Assembly (NCBI GenBank): GCA_966211675.1
Contig: CBIHPK010000002.1
Coordinates: forward strand, 8,209 to 72,208
Direction: 5' to 3'
Source of the DNA: an uncultured Myxococcaceae bacterium
GTDB taxonomy: Bacteria; Myxococcota_A; Polyangia; Polyangiales; Ga0077539
DNA length: 64,000 nucleotides
Each line of letters starts with the position of its first letter. The stretch's first letter is position 1. Below the pieces are notes generated by a model that had not been told where the DNA came from, did not search any database, and was given only the letters and a program-made list of their open reading frames with translations. Of this stretch, positions 10,362 through 19,162 are shown piece by piece. The position numbers and the translations under genes are program-made.

Positions 10362-12449
10362 ATGCGATCCACCCTCCGGCTCTCCCTCTTCGCCCTCGCC
10401 GCCGTCGCCTCGCTCCCCGCCTGCACCGAGAGCGCCGCGGACCCTCCCCGCGACGCCGCGGTCGCCACCGACGCGCACGGCCACGACGTCGGCGACCTGG
10501 GCTCGCTCATCGTCGACAGCGGCCCCCTTCCCGACGACGACGCCGGCGTCGCGGCCGCGCTCCCCGAAGGGGACTGCGACCCCATCGACCCGAGCGCGTG
10601 CGCGCTCCCGTGGCCCTCGAACCTCTACCTCCGCCGCGACGCCTCGCGCCGCACCGGCTACTCGCTCACCTTCGGCCCCACCTCGCTGCCCGCCAACGGC
10701 GCCCTCGACCCGATGGACCCGCGGCCCCTCCGGCGCTTCGACGGCTACGGCCTCGGCTCGCCCGTCATGACGAGCTTCCCCAACCTCGACCTCGCCGCCA
10801 TGGCCACCGAGGAGCACCAGGATCGCTCCATGGCCGCCGACGCCGCCGCGCTCCTCTACGAGGTGCAGGGCAATACCCTCCAGCGTATTCCGTACTTCGT
10901 CGAGCTCGACTCGCAGGAGCCCATGGTGGCGAGGAAGATCCTCTTCCTGCGGCCCGGGGTGATCCTGAAGGAGAACACCCGCTACGTGGTGGCCTTCCGC
11001 AACCTGCGCACCACGGCGGGCGCGGCCATCGAGCCCTCACCCGCCTTCGCCAGGCTGCGCGCCGGGACCACCGCGGGCGACCCGGCGCTCGGCCCTCGCC
11101 AGGCGCGCTTCGACGAGGTGTTCGCGCTGCTGCAGGGCGCCGGGGTCGAGCGCTCGTCGCTCACGCTCGCGTGGGACTTCCACACGGCCAGCTCCGAGAG
11201 CCTGCACGGCCGGCTGCTGGCCATGCGAGACGACGCCCTGATGCGCGTGGGCCCGTCGGGTCCTCGGCTCGCGGTGGACAACGTGACGACCTTCCTGCCG
11301 ATGCGCGACAGCAGCGGCCGACCCTACGACGACAACATCGCGATCGAGCTCTCCGGCACCTTCGAGGTGCCCCACTACCTGCACCCCCGCCGCCTCGGGA
11401 GCCAGCCCGGCTGGGAGATGAACTACGACGCCAGCGGCCGCCCGGTCGCCAACGGAACCCGCCAGCCGCGCTTCTGGATCCGCATTCCCCACTCGGCCCT
11501 TCGCGGCGAAGCGCACGGCCTGGTGATGTACGGCCACGGGCTGCTGGGCTCCGCGGAGGAGGTGCGCGCCGGCTACAACGGCCACATCGCCAACACGCAC
11601 AACCTCATCTTCTTCGCGGCCAACCTCACCGGCATGTCCGAGGAGGACCTCTCCGGCGTCTTCGCCACGCTGCGCGACGCCTCGTACTTCACCTCCGTGG
11701 GCGAGCGCCTGCACCAGGGCATGACCGAGTGGGTGCTGCTCGCTCGCGCCATGCGGGAGCAGATCGCCGGGCTCGCGGAGGTGGCCTCGCGCAACATCCG
11801 GATCAACCCCTCCGAGCTCTACTACTCGGGCATCTCGCAGGGCGGCATCTTCGGCGGCACCTTCGTCGCCGTCTCGCCGGACGTGACCCGAGGGCACCTG
11901 GGCGTCCCGGGCAACAACTACTTCACCCTGCTGCACCGCTCGCGAGACTTCACCGGCTACTTCGAGGGCCTGCGCCGCAACTACCCCGGCACCGCCGACC
12001 AGGCCATCGGCCTCGCGTACGTGCAGCTGCTCTGGGACGGCACCGACCCGGTGAGCTACCTGCGGCACATCCACCAGGAGCCCTTCCCCGGCAACTCGCC
12101 CCACGAGGTGCTGCTCGCTCCCGCCAAGGGGGACTTCGAGGTCGCCGTGTTCACCAACGAGATCACCGCGCGCTCGGGCCTCGGCGTCGCGCTGATGCAG
12201 AACTACGACAGCCAGCGCACGCCCTTCGGCATCACCCAGGACCCTTATCCCCGGCGAGGATCGGGCGTGGTGCTCTACGACTTCGGCAACCAGTGGCCCC
12301 CGCCCGGCAACCTCCCTCCGCCGGAGGTGGGCACCAACCCCCACGGGCAGCCGCGCACTCGCGAGTGGCACCAGCGTCAGATGGTGACCTTCTTCCGCAC
12401 CGGCGAGATCATCGACACCTGCGGCGGCGACGGCTGCCGGCCCGATTGA
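10362..12449 (+). CDS. lipoprotein, putative alpha/beta-hydrolase-like (function unknown)
   Basis: Signal and lipobox MRSTLRLSLFALAAVASLPAC (start moved from TTG 10353 to ATG 10362). It has a nucleophile-elbow-like YYSGISQGGIFGG and strong GC3 bias throughout. I recognise no other named domain. Confidence 0.7.
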   Translation: MRSTLRLSLFALAAVASLPACTESAADPPRDAAVATDAHGHDVGDLGSLIVDSGPLPDDDAGVAAALPEGDCDPIDPSACALPWPSNLYLRRDASRRTGYSLTFGPTSLPANGALDPMDPRPLRRFDGYGLGSPVMTSFPNLDLAAMATEEHQDRSMAADAAALLYEVQGNTLQRIPYFVELDSQEPMVARKILFLRPGVILKENTRYVVAFRNLRTTAGAAIEPSPAFARLRAGTTAGDPALGPRQARFDEVFALLQGAGVERSSLTLAWDFHTASSESLHGRLLAMRDDALMRVGPSGPRLAVDNVTTFLPMRDSSGRPYDDNIAIELSGTFEVPHYLHPRRLGSQPGWEMNYDASGRPVANGTRQPRFWIRIPHSALRGEAHGLVMYGHGLLGSAEEVRAGYNGHIANTHNLIFFAANLTGMSEEDLSGVFATLRDASYFTSVGERLHQGMTEWVLLARAMREQIAGLAEVASRNIRINPSELYYSGISQGGIFGGTFVAVSPDVTRGHLGVPGNNYFTLLHRSRDFTGYFEGLRRNYPGTADQAIGLAYVQLLWDGTDPVSYLRHIHQEPFPGNSPHEVLLAPAKGDFEVAVFTNEITARSGLGVALMQNYDSQRTPFGITQDPYPRRGSGVVLYDFGNQWPPPGNLPPPEVGTNPHGQPRTREWHQRQMVTFFRTGEIIDTCGGDGCRPD

Positions 12450-12500
12450 GACTCTGATAGAACGCCCTCCCTACGCCCCTCGAAGGAAGCACTCCCTCCA

Positions 12501-13145
12501 ATGGCCCTCGAGATCCTGAAGTGCCCCAACTGCGGAGCGCGCGCTCCGGCCTCCTTCGCCGGTGCGGTCGCCGCGTGCGAGTTCTGCGGCGCCGTGCTGT
12601 CGGGCCTCGCGATGAAGCCCGCGCCCGCGCCTGCGCCTGCGCCCGCTGCGACGCCGTCCCCCGCACCTGCGCCGGAGCGCCTTCGACGCGAGGAGCCGGT
12701 CCGTCCCGCCGCTCGCCGGAGCGCGGAGCCCTTCACCGAGGCCGAGCTGCTCGACCTCGCTCGCCGTCGGCTGGGCCTGCACGACTCGCTCTACTTTGAC
12801 GGCACCATCCCGCGGGCCAAGTTGACGGCCGCGACCGAGACCCACGGCGCCGCCATCGGGCGGGTGCTGGTGCAGTACGACGACACGCTCTTCGGGGGAG
12901 CCGACGACGGCTTCGTGCTCACGGTGAACGCGCTCCACTGGAAGAACCTCGCGGAGGAGCCCAACGCGCTGCGCTGGAGCGACATCGACCCGGCGCTCGT
13001 GGGCTCGACCGATGACGCCGTGACGCTCGGCCAGAGGAAGATCGACGTGGTGCTCGACGAGGGCAAACCAATGATCGAGGGGCTCGCGCGTCTCATCTCC
13101 GAGCTCGCTGCCTGGGCTCGCGGACACGGCCCCCCCAACGACTGA
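12501..13145 (+). CDS. hypothetical protein with N-terminal zinc-ribbon (CPNCG..CEFCG) and (Ala-Pro)n linker
   Basis: 214-aa ORF with an ATG start. It has two CxxC pairs in the first 30 aa, a PAPAPAPAPA linker and a globular C-terminal half. Confidence 0.6.
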   Translation: MALEILKCPNCGARAPASFAGAVAACEFCGAVLSGLAMKPAPAPAPAPAATPSPAPAPERLRREEPVRPAARRSAEPFTEAELLDLARRRLGLHDSLYFDGTIPRAKLTAATETHGAAIGRVLVQYDDTLFGGADDGFVLTVNALHWKNLAEEPNALRWSDIDPALVGSTDDAVTLGQRKIDVVLDEGKPMIEGLARLISELAAWARGHGPPND

Positions 13146-13181
13146 TCACCCTCCACACCACCGACGGGGACCACAGACACC

Positions 13182-13703
13182 ATGACCACGCAGATCACCG
13201 GATTGGCCATCGCCCTCCTTCTCACGGCCGGCGCCTGCAAGCGTCGCGACGAGGCTACCGCGCCTCCGACGCCCACGGTGGTCCCGACGGTCGTGCCGCC
13301 CGCCGCGCCCGACGTCCCGATGCAGCCCGTGACGGTGGTGGACGCAGGGCCCACGCAGCCCGGTCCCAACGCCATGGCGCAGCCCGGCACCGTCGCCCCC
13401 GCGGCTCCTGCTCCTGCGGCCGGTGGGCTCGCTCCCGGCGCCGCCCCTCCGACCGGCGCTCCGCCCGCCGCGCCCATCGCCGCCGCGCCCGCAGCTCCAG
13501 CGGCGCCCGCGGCACCGGCCTCGCCCACGGCTCCCACGGCGCCGACCACCGCGCGACCCGGCACTGCCGCCAACCCCGGTCACACGGAGATCCGCATCCC
13601 CGGCGTGACCAACCAGCCGCCCATCAACATCGACCAGAACAACGGGCAGACCCGGGTCAACGTCGGCGGCGTGCAGATCGTGATCCCGGGCGCGACGCGG
13701 TAG
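13182..13703 (+). CDS. Pro/Ala-rich lipoprotein (hypothetical)
   Basis: Signal plus lipobox LLLTAGAC, a long low-complexity P/A/T region and a short structured C-terminus (EIRIPGVTNQPPINIDQNNGQTRVNVGGVQIVIPG). Confidence 0.55.
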   Translation: MTTQITGLAIALLLTAGACKRRDEATAPPTPTVVPTVVPPAAPDVPMQPVTVVDAGPTQPGPNAMAQPGTVAPAAPAPAAGGLAPGAAPPTGAPPAAPIAAAPAAPAAPAAPASPTAPTAPTTARPGTAANPGHTEIRIPGVTNQPPINIDQNNGQTRVNVGGVQIVIPGATR

Positions 13704-13707
13704 CCCG

Positions 13708-14244
13708 TTACGGGTCCGGCGGGCGGAGCATCGGGCTGATCACTCCGTCGTAGCTGCGGGCATCCTGGGTGCCGTGGCAGGTGTTGCAGCCGACGCCCTC
13801 GCCGGTCTCGTAGGGGTCTTCGAGCCCGGTGCGGGGGTTGAGCCCGCGGGCGATGATCACCACCCGGCCCTGCGCGTCGAGCCGCAGCCGGAAGAACTCC
13901 CAGCCCACGTTGCCCCGGGCGTTGTAGGTCCCGCCGCGCTTCACCGAGGCGAAGATCTGCCACTCCGTCGGGGCGCCCCGCTCCCGCGTTCGGATGATGA
14001 TGGTCCCGGTGTCGTAGAGGCGCGATCCCTCGCGGCGGGGACGGTTGATGTACGCGTACTGCTGCGGTCCTTCGAGGTGGCCCCCGGAGGAGAAGCGCCC
14101 CAGGTGGGTGCGGGGCCAGCGCTGGAAGCCCTCGAAGTCCCGGGTGAAGGCGATGAAGCCCGGCGGACCGGCGTCGGCGTGGTGCGATCGGCCGCCCCGG
14201 CAGGACGCCACGAGCAGCGCCGCGATCAGCGCCGCCCGTCGCAC
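13708..14244 (-). CDS. cytochrome P460-like haem lipoprotein
   Basis: GTG start with lipobox LLVASC. A single CxxCH (GCNTCHG) lies near the C-terminus. The upstream pattern YAYIN.., YDTGTIIIRT, KRGG..GNVGWEFFRL resembles the P460 fold family. Confidence 0.65.
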   Translation of the reverse strand: MRRAALIAALLVASCRGGRSHHADAGPPGFIAFTRDFEGFQRWPRTHLGRFSSGGHLEGPQQYAYINRPRREGSRLYDTGTIIIRTRERGAPTEWQIFASVKRGGTYNARGNVGWEFFRLRLDAQGRVVIIARGLNPRTGLEDPYETGEGVGCNTCHGTQDARSYDGVISPMLRPPDP

Positions 14245-14245
14245 C

Positions 14246-15739
14246 TCAGAACGCGCCCGACGAGGGGAACATCCGGGTGCAGCGCTCGCGCACCGCGGGC
14301 TCGATGGTCCCGGCGGGCGGCAGCGTCGGCGGGGTCATGAAGGGGGGACTGGCGAAGTCGAACAGGTCCGTCGGGATGCTCGCGTTGGCGTCGCGGCGGG
14401 TGAGCGCGGGCAGGCCGAAGCGGGCCTCGATGAAGCGCAGGATGGAGGTGTGATCGAAGGTGCGGTGCGACACGAAATGCCGCCGCGCATAGGGCGACAC
14501 GACCATGAAGGGGACGCGCACCCCGTAGCGGTCGAAGCGCCCGGCGGCGGGCATGCCGTTGATGCGCGGGGTGAGCTCGTCGGGCTCGCACGCGGGCGGA
14601 GGCGCGACGTGGTCGGCGAAGCCGCCGTGCTCGTCGTAGGTGATGAAGAGCGCGCTGCGCGCCCAGAGGGGCGAGGCCATCAGCGAGCGGACGATGCGCT
14701 CGACGTAGCGCTCGCCGTTCATGGGGATGCCCGGCGGGTGCTCGTCGACGCGCTCGCCGCCGTCGCCCACGTAGTTGGGCTCGACGATGGTGACCGCGGG
14801 GAGGGTGCCGGCGGCGAGGTCGCGGTGCAGGTCGTCGATGGTGCCGTAGTGCTCTCGCGTCGCCGCGCGGAGGATGCCGTAGTACGAGAAGAACCCGAGC
14901 ATGCGAGGGCCGCCCGCGTAGTCCTTCCAGGTGATGCCCGCGTCGTCGAGGCGGCTGAAGAGGTGGCTCACGGGCGTGTTGCGCGTGTCCTGCGAGACCA
15001 GGGTATTGTGCGCGAGCCCGAAGGAGGTGGCCGCCATCAGGTAGATGCGGTTGGGACCCGTCGGGCCGAGCAGCGAGCTGAAGTAGCGGTCGCCGATCGC
15101 GAAGGTGGTCGCGAGCGAGTAGTAGAAGGGCAGGTCGGTCTGGTCGAAGTAGGTGAGGGCCCGCTCGCCGAGGGGGTTGTTGGCCACCACGAAGCCGTCC
15201 ATGTGGCCGTCGTTGTACTCGCGGTGCGTGGGGTTCCAGCCGTGCTGGACGTCGGTGATGCAGCGCTCGGTGTCGCGGTGGAAGCGCACCGGCGTGCCGT
15301 CCGCGGCGGGGTTGGTCCAGTCGTCCGGGGCCACGTCCACGTCCGTCTGGCCCGCCTCCGGCAGCTTGCGGAAGTAGTGGTCGAAGGAGCGGTTCTCCTG
15401 CATCACCACGATGATGTGATCGATCGGCATCTGGTCGCCGACGGGCACCTCGCGCCCGAGGGTCTCCGCGGCCCACGCGCCCGTCCGGAAGGTGCACGCC
15501 AGGCGCCGCGCGGCGAGGGCCTCGTCGGTCTCCGTGCGGGCGATCTCCGGCGGGCGGAGGTAGTCCGGCGGCGGCGCGTCGACGGGCTCCTTCACCACGT
15601 CGACCGAGGCGTCGAAGACCGGGGCGTCGACCACCGGAGAGGCGTCGACCGCCGCGTCCGCGGGGGTGGCGGCCGGCTCGTCGGTACAGCCCAGGAGGAG
15701 CGCCGGGATCACCAGGGCAAGGCTTCGCGTGAGCGCCAT
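14246..15739 (-). CDS. phosphoesterase family lipoprotein (non-haemolytic phospholipase C / acid phosphatase AcpA type)
   Basis: The IDHIIVVMQENRSFDHYF motif is diagnostic of the PLC/AcpA phosphoesterase family. Start is moved to the internal Met giving MALTRSLALVIPALLLGC (lipobox). Confidence 0.85.
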   Translation of the reverse strand: MALTRSLALVIPALLLGCTDEPAATPADAAVDASPVVDAPVFDASVDVVKEPVDAPPPDYLRPPEIARTETDEALAARRLACTFRTGAWAAETLGREVPVGDQMPIDHIIVVMQENRSFDHYFRKLPEAGQTDVDVAPDDWTNPAADGTPVRFHRDTERCITDVQHGWNPTHREYNDGHMDGFVVANNPLGERALTYFDQTDLPFYYSLATTFAIGDRYFSSLLGPTGPNRIYLMAATSFGLAHNTLVSQDTRNTPVSHLFSRLDDAGITWKDYAGGPRMLGFFSYYGILRAATREHYGTIDDLHRDLAAGTLPAVTIVEPNYVGDGGERVDEHPPGIPMNGERYVERIVRSLMASPLWARSALFITYDEHGGFADHVAPPPACEPDELTPRINGMPAAGRFDRYGVRVPFMVVSPYARRHFVSHRTFDHTSILRFIEARFGLPALTRRDANASIPTDLFDFASPPFMTPPTLPPAGTIEPAVRERCTRMFPSSGAF

Positions 15740-15812
15740 AGGGCCGCGAACATAACAGACTGCCGCGTGCCGTTTGGGTGACAGCCGACGGCGGGCCTGC
15801 GCTCCGATGGGG

Positions 15813-16847
15813 TCAGCGCACCTCGACACCGATCGCCTGCCCGGCGCGCACCATCATGGCCGCGAGCGAGCCCTCTCGATCGGGGTCCGATTCCCCGGCG
15901 AGGTAGGTGTGCAGCGCCCCATAGGGCGTGGCGCGCTGCGCCCCGGTGATGGCGTCGGGGTCCCAGCCCGCGGGGACCTCCGGCAGCGAGTCGCTCGGCA
16001 GCGCCGCGTACATCGCCTGGATGCGCGCGAGGCGACGGTCGATCGCCCCCGCCATCGCCTCGTGCCCGGCCTCGCTCAGCCACGGCCGGAAGAAGCCGAA
16101 GAGCACCCGACCGCCTTCGAGGTTGGCGCGCATGTCCGCGAGCGTACGGCCCGCGTAGCGCGACTCCTCCTCGGCGGTGGCCGCGAGGTCGACCTTCTCG
16201 TGCTGCTCGCGCACCGACGCGACCACGCCCCGGTAGGCCGCCGCGGGGTCGAGCGCCAGCGGGGCGAAGGCGCGCCGCATCGCCGCCACGTCGTCGATCA
16301 TCCGCTGCACCAGGGCGTCCCGGAAGCCCGCGGCCTGCCGGGCGTCGGTGGGGAAGGACGGCTCCACGTAGACGCTCCCCTCCCGCAGCGACGCCTCGAA
16401 GGCCCGCACCTCGGGCCGCACCCGATCGGCCCACAGAATCCGCTCGATGGCGTGCATCCCGGTGACCCCGTCACCATCGAAGGGATCGCGGTCGGGATCC
16501 GCCTCGGCGAAGCCCTCGTAGCGCGCGTCGATGGCCACGTCCGTCTCCGGGAAGAGCACCGTGATGGCCGCCTCGATGTGCTCGTAGGCGTCGCGCATCC
16601 GACCCCACGAGGCGCGCATCGCCCGCACCGCGTCCGGGTCCGAGGCTGCGCTCCAGCCGTCGGCGTCGGGCGCCGGGGCGGCGCGCTGCAGCTCGCGCGT
16701 GGCGTCTTCGAGCACGGCCATCTCGCGCTCGAGGTAGGCCTTCACGTCGAGCGTCACCCGCTGCGACGGAGGCAGCCTCGCGGTCTCGCCTCCGCCGAGC
16801 GAGACCAGCCAGAGCGCGATCCAGGCGTACGCCGCCGCTCGCCTCAT
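15813..16847 (-). CDS. imelysin-like (peptidase M75 / EfeM-IrpA family) periplasmic metal-binding protein
   Basis: Has a signal peptide and GVTGMHAIERILWAD, the typical imelysin G.H.iE..LW motif. Its ATG overlaps the stop of the upstream gene (ATGA at 16844-16847). Confidence 0.8.
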   Translation of the reverse strand: MRRAAAYAWIALWLVSLGGGETARLPPSQRVTLDVKAYLEREMAVLEDATRELQRAAPAPDADGWSAASDPDAVRAMRASWGRMRDAYEHIEAAITVLFPETDVAIDARYEGFAEADPDRDPFDGDGVTGMHAIERILWADRVRPEVRAFEASLREGSVYVEPSFPTDARQAAGFRDALVQRMIDDVAAMRRAFAPLALDPAAAYRGVVASVREQHEKVDLAATAEEESRYAGRTLADMRANLEGGRVLFGFFRPWLSEAGHEAMAGAIDRRLARIQAMYAALPSDSLPEVPAGWDPDAITGAQRATPYGALHTYLAGESDPDREGSLAAMMVRAGQAIGVEVR

Positions 16848-18022
16848 AGCCGTCGTACGAAGTCCAGCAGCGCCGACCGCTCCGCGGGGCTCATCGCCTC
16901 GAAGCGCCTCGCCGCAACAGAGCCTTCGCCGCCGTGCAGCCGGATCGCCTCCTCGACGGAGCGGGCCCTTCCGTCATGGAGGAAGCTGCGGAAGAACCTC
17001 ATCCCCAGCAGCGGCGCCGTCCGCCATTCTCGCTCCGTGGCGAGGCCCTCTCCGGCGATGCCGTCGGCCAGGCCGTCGCCCATGTCGTGCAGCAGGAGGT
17101 CGGAGTAGAGCGCCGCCTCTCGCCCGGCCATCGCGGCCACCGGGAAGTCCGCGCGCGTGGCCATCGAGGGCACATGGCAGGCCGAGCAGCCCGCCTCGTC
17201 GAAGCGCCGCCGTCCGTCCGCCGTGAGCCCGTTGCGCGCCGGGATCGCGAGGCGTCGCACATAGGCCGCCGTCGCCCTCACCACGTCGTCGGTGAGGTCG
17301 ACCCCGGGGCGCAGGTCGTCGGTGAGCCCGTCGGGGTTTGGAACCTCCCTGGGCACCCGAGGCGAGGTGAGCCCCATGTCCCCCTGGAAGGCCTCCGCGG
17401 AGAAGGTGTCGAGGTCGGGCACCCGCGCCTTCACGCCGAGCCGCCCGATGCGCCCGTCGGCGAGGCGGTTGGCGCGTCCGCTCACTGCGCTGCCTGCGGT
17501 CGATTGACGGGCCTCCTCGGCGAGGATGGCCTCGTCGGAGACGGCCTCGATCCAGCCCCGGCCGAAGACCGCGGGGCCCACCCGCAGCGACAGCAGCAGC
17601 CGCTCGGGGGACTCGACGCGCGGAGGGGTCACGCCTTGCGTGGCGCCCGCGGCGCGCTGCGGTCGGGCGGTATTTCCGTAGGGGAGGCGGTGGGCGAGGT
17701 CGGCCCGCGGGCTCGCTCCGTCGTCCGCCACGAAGGCCATGCGGGTGACGCTCCCGGGGCCTCGTCCTCCGGCGCCATGGCACGCGCGGCAGCTCGACTG
17801 GATGAACACCGGGCCGATCCCCTGCGACGGGCGGAACACCTTCTCGAAGAGCCGGTCGCCCTCGGCGAAGGCTCGCAGGTCCGCCTCCGTGGCGCCCGCG
17901 ACGGGCTGGTCCGAGGGGTCCTCGCGGACGACCGTGAGCCCGGTGGTCTCGCTGCGGGCGCCGCACGAGGCCGCGAGCGCGAGGGTCAGCGAGAGCAGGG
18001 CGGAGGGGAGCCGCGAGGTCAC
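16844..18022 (-). CDS. di-haem cytochrome c peroxidase-like lipoprotein (DUF1111 family)
   Basis: Lipobox LALAASC. Two CxxCH motifs (SSCRACHG, AGCSACHV) are spaced as in DUF1111 proteins. Pairing with an imelysin gene is classic for this family. Confidence 0.8.
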   Translation of the reverse strand: MTSRLPSALLSLTLALAASCGARSETTGLTVVREDPSDQPVAGATEADLRAFAEGDRLFEKVFRPSQGIGPVFIQSSCRACHGAGGRGPGSVTRMAFVADDGASPRADLAHRLPYGNTARPQRAAGATQGVTPPRVESPERLLLSLRVGPAVFGRGWIEAVSDEAILAEEARQSTAGSAVSGRANRLADGRIGRLGVKARVPDLDTFSAEAFQGDMGLTSPRVPREVPNPDGLTDDLRPGVDLTDDVVRATAAYVRRLAIPARNGLTADGRRRFDEAGCSACHVPSMATRADFPVAAMAGREAALYSDLLLHDMGDGLADGIAGEGLATEREWRTAPLLGMRFFRSFLHDGRARSVEEAIRLHGGEGSVAARRFEAMSPAERSALLDFVRRL

Positions 18023-18025
18023 CGA

Positions 18026-19156
18026 TCAGCCCGCGTCGTAGGCCGCCCGGTAGCGGTTGACCATCCTCGCCTCGAAGCGCTCCCGGTCGACGCCCAGCGC
18101 CTCTCGGATCGCCCCCGTGCGCAGCGCCGGCCGGTCTCGCGCCGCCACGTCGTCGGCGTATCGCTCCACGCCCCCGGCGGCCGCGCGGTGGAAGCCCGCG
18201 ATGGCCCGCAGGAAGCCCTGCACCGTCGGCGCCGCGAGGTGGCTCTGCACCAGCGCCGCGAGCGCCGCCCCTCGGCCCCCGAGGTCGCCCCCCGGAGCGT
18301 CGTCGTCGAGCGAGGGGTGCCTCGCCACGACCTCGCCCCACGCGTCGAAGAAGGGACCGATCCCCAGCAGCAGGTCGCGGTGCACCCTCAACGAGCGCGC
18401 CGCGCGCATCCCGAGGAAGCGCGGGTTCTCCGCGGCCATCGCCCGCTTGTAGATGCGCCCCGCGAGCGCGAAGCGGGGGTCCCCTTCGGTCTCGTGGCCG
18501 AGCTTCGCGTAGCGCCGCCGCACCGAGAGCGCCGTCGGGGACTTCACCGGCCAGGTCTCCACCACCCGGGAGAGGTCGCCCAGGTTGTGGGCGATGGTGG
18601 CCACCACCTCCATGGCCTTGATCTCCTGGCCCTTGGCCCGATGCACGGCCGCGAAGGCTTGCGCGTGGCGCTCCAGCGAGGCGTCGAGGAAGGCGGTCTG
18701 CGCGTCGGCGGTGGCGTCGTCGTCGAGGGCCAGCGCGCGGCCGAGGGCCCCGGCGCGCACGCCCAACCACTCGCCGTCGTGGCCCGAGAGGGGCCCCACG
18801 CCGGGCACGGTCACCACGCGAGCGGAGACCTCCGAAGGGTCCCAGGAGGCGGTCTCCTCCAGCACGGCGGCGGCGGCGCGCAGCTCGGCGACGGTCTCGC
18901 AGCGCTGCCAGGCGTGGAAGCGGATGTGGCTGTCCACGTCCGTCGGGACGAAGGTCGCCACCGTCGCGTGGTGCGCCGCCAGCAGCAGCCGCAGGTAGGC
19001 CCCCTCGCCGTCGTGCCCGTGGGGGATCTCCGTCGCCGACACCAGCGCCCTGCGCCACGAGAAGGCGGCCCCCTCGGTGGGGCCGTCGAGCGCCCACGCG
19101 GCGGTGTTGCGGACCTGCGTCGAGACCAGCGAAGGCTTCACTCCACGAAACTTCAT
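18026..19156 (-). CDS. uncharacterised cytoplasmic protein (376 aa) coupled to pqqE
   Basis: ATG start 6 nt after the pqqE stop, with its own stop 3 nt before the next start. No signal peptide and no motif I can name. His/Glu-rich helical-looking sequence (EIPHGHDGEG, LLLAAHHATV, SHIRFHAW). Confidence 0.7.
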   Translation of the reverse strand: MKFRGVKPSLVSTQVRNTAAWALDGPTEGAAFSWRRALVSATEIPHGHDGEGAYLRLLLAAHHATVATFVPTDVDSHIRFHAWQRCETVAELRAAAAVLEETASWDPSEVSARVVTVPGVGPLSGHDGEWLGVRAGALGRALALDDDATADAQTAFLDASLERHAQAFAAVHRAKGQEIKAMEVVATIAHNLGDLSRVVETWPVKSPTALSVRRRYAKLGHETEGDPRFALAGRIYKRAMAAENPRFLGMRAARSLRVHRDLLLGIGPFFDAWGEVVARHPSLDDDAPGGDLGGRGAALAALVQSHLAAPTVQGFLRAIAGFHRAAAGGVERYADDVAARDRPALRTGAIREALGVDRERFEARMVNRYRAAYDAG

Positions 19157-19162
19157 CGCCGC

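Noticed and set aside
15740-15812. A possible PqqA-like mini-gene in the 74-nt gap between the imelysin and phosphoesterase genes.
   Set aside because: My translation gives only MFAALWRSREALPW (14 aa, overlapping the phosphoesterase start). It has no E-x3-Y motif and no SD.
18026-19156. The idea that the 376-aa protein is a divergent PqqC or PqqB.
   Set aside because: It has none of the PqqC landmarks I remember (HPYH, WVANRFYYQ, about 250 aa) and no metallo-beta-lactamase HxHxDH. It is left as unknown, and only a structure or profile search could revive the idea.
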